The translations under genes and the position numbers were made by a program. Positions 41,935 through 42,468 of a DNA stretch of 42,468 bases are shown here, in pieces; position 1 is the stretch's first letter, and each line of letters starts with the position of its first letter. Source of the stretch: Patescibacteria group bacterium (GTDB lineage: Bacteria; Patescibacteriota; Microgenomatia; UBA8517); contig JAOAEL010000002.1 in the NCBI GenBank assembly GCA_026416845.1, positions 1-42,468 on the forward strand, read 5' to 3'. The notes under the pieces were generated by a model. That model was not told the DNA's origin. It searched no databases and was given only the letters and a program-made list of their open reading frames with translations.

Positions 41935-42468
41935 TTAAGCATCATTCATCGCAAGACCAACCGCTATAGAATAAAAAGGAGCAAATCCAGAAATAGACTT
42001 TATCACAGAAGAATCTAATATTACTTTTGAAAAAGGATTACCACTAACAACTTCAACTCCCAAAAGTTTTGTTAACGACAAACTAACTTCGGGTAAAGCA
42101 GAAGTGCCACCAGAAATAATAACTGATTTTGGTATTTCACCATTTTCTTCAGATTGGTAATAATAAATTGATTTTTTTATTTCATCAGCAACAGAGGAAA
42201 AAACTGGTTCTAAAGCTTGTCGAACACGCCCTTGAAGCTTATTAGAAGACATTCCATAAGTTCTTTTATACTCTTCTGCTTGCATAGCCTCTATACCAAA
42301 AAATTTAGATATTGCACGGGTAAATGCTTCGCCTCCAACAGAAATAGATCTAGAAAAAACCAATTCTCCTTGTTTAGATATAGCTATGTTTGTTGATTTA
42401 GCCCCCAAGTCCACTATCATTGAAGTAATATCATCAGGGGCCAAAGACCTAACTAAAGCTAGTAGTTC
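41935..42468 (-). CDS. pilM: Type IV pilus assembly protein PilM (partial; frame open to window end)
   Basis: ELLALVRSL, IVDLGAKST, VGGEAFT, AEEYK, IISGGTS, AVGLAM (actin-like fold). Confidence 0.9.
   Translation of the reverse strand, partial: ELLALVRSLAPDDITSMIVDLGAKSTNIAISKQGELVFSRSISVGGEAFTRAISKFFGIEAMQAEEYKRTYGMSSNKLQGRVRQALEPVFSSVADEIKKSIYYYQSEENGEIPKSVIISGGTSALPEVSLSLTKLLGVEVVSGNPFSKVILDSSVIKSISGFAPFYSIAVGLAMNDA

Overview
AT-rich bacterial chromosome segment in the standard genetic code, with nearly all genes on the + strand. Gene content points to Patescibacteria/CPR, probably Microgenomates (inference): a PPIase-less trigger factor, short ThrRS and PheT, an orphan ACP with no fab genes, pilM/N/O and many scavenging peptidases. 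The right half is housekeeping: thrS, infC-rpmI-rplT-pheS-pheT, a class A PBP, tyrS, recG, rpmF-nusB-acp-rnc-rpsP-KH and pil genes. The left half is accessory-rich. It holds lysozyme-like secreted paralogs, tRNA-Leu followed by a decayed defence island (C5 MTase, SRA-HNH, HaeII-like REase and Vsr, all pseudogenes), a lamin-tail surface protein, a transporter and a peptidase cluster. Best leads: (1) a four-segment transcription attenuator with a 17-aa leader peptide (14599-14756) controlling a 952-aa orphan plus an M42 aminopeptidase; (2) a promoter-hairpin-terminator RNA (1094-1211) ahead of a cell-wall-hydrolase-like gene; (3) a 24-aa Lys-rich micropeptide with the only strong Shine-Dalgarno I noticed, in a region where many genes look leaderless; (4) an ACP lacking its phosphopantetheine serine; (5) a spermidine-synthase-like/M28 fusion. 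No CRISPR array, rRNA, transposase or integrase was seen. All family calls are by motif recognition, without database searches.
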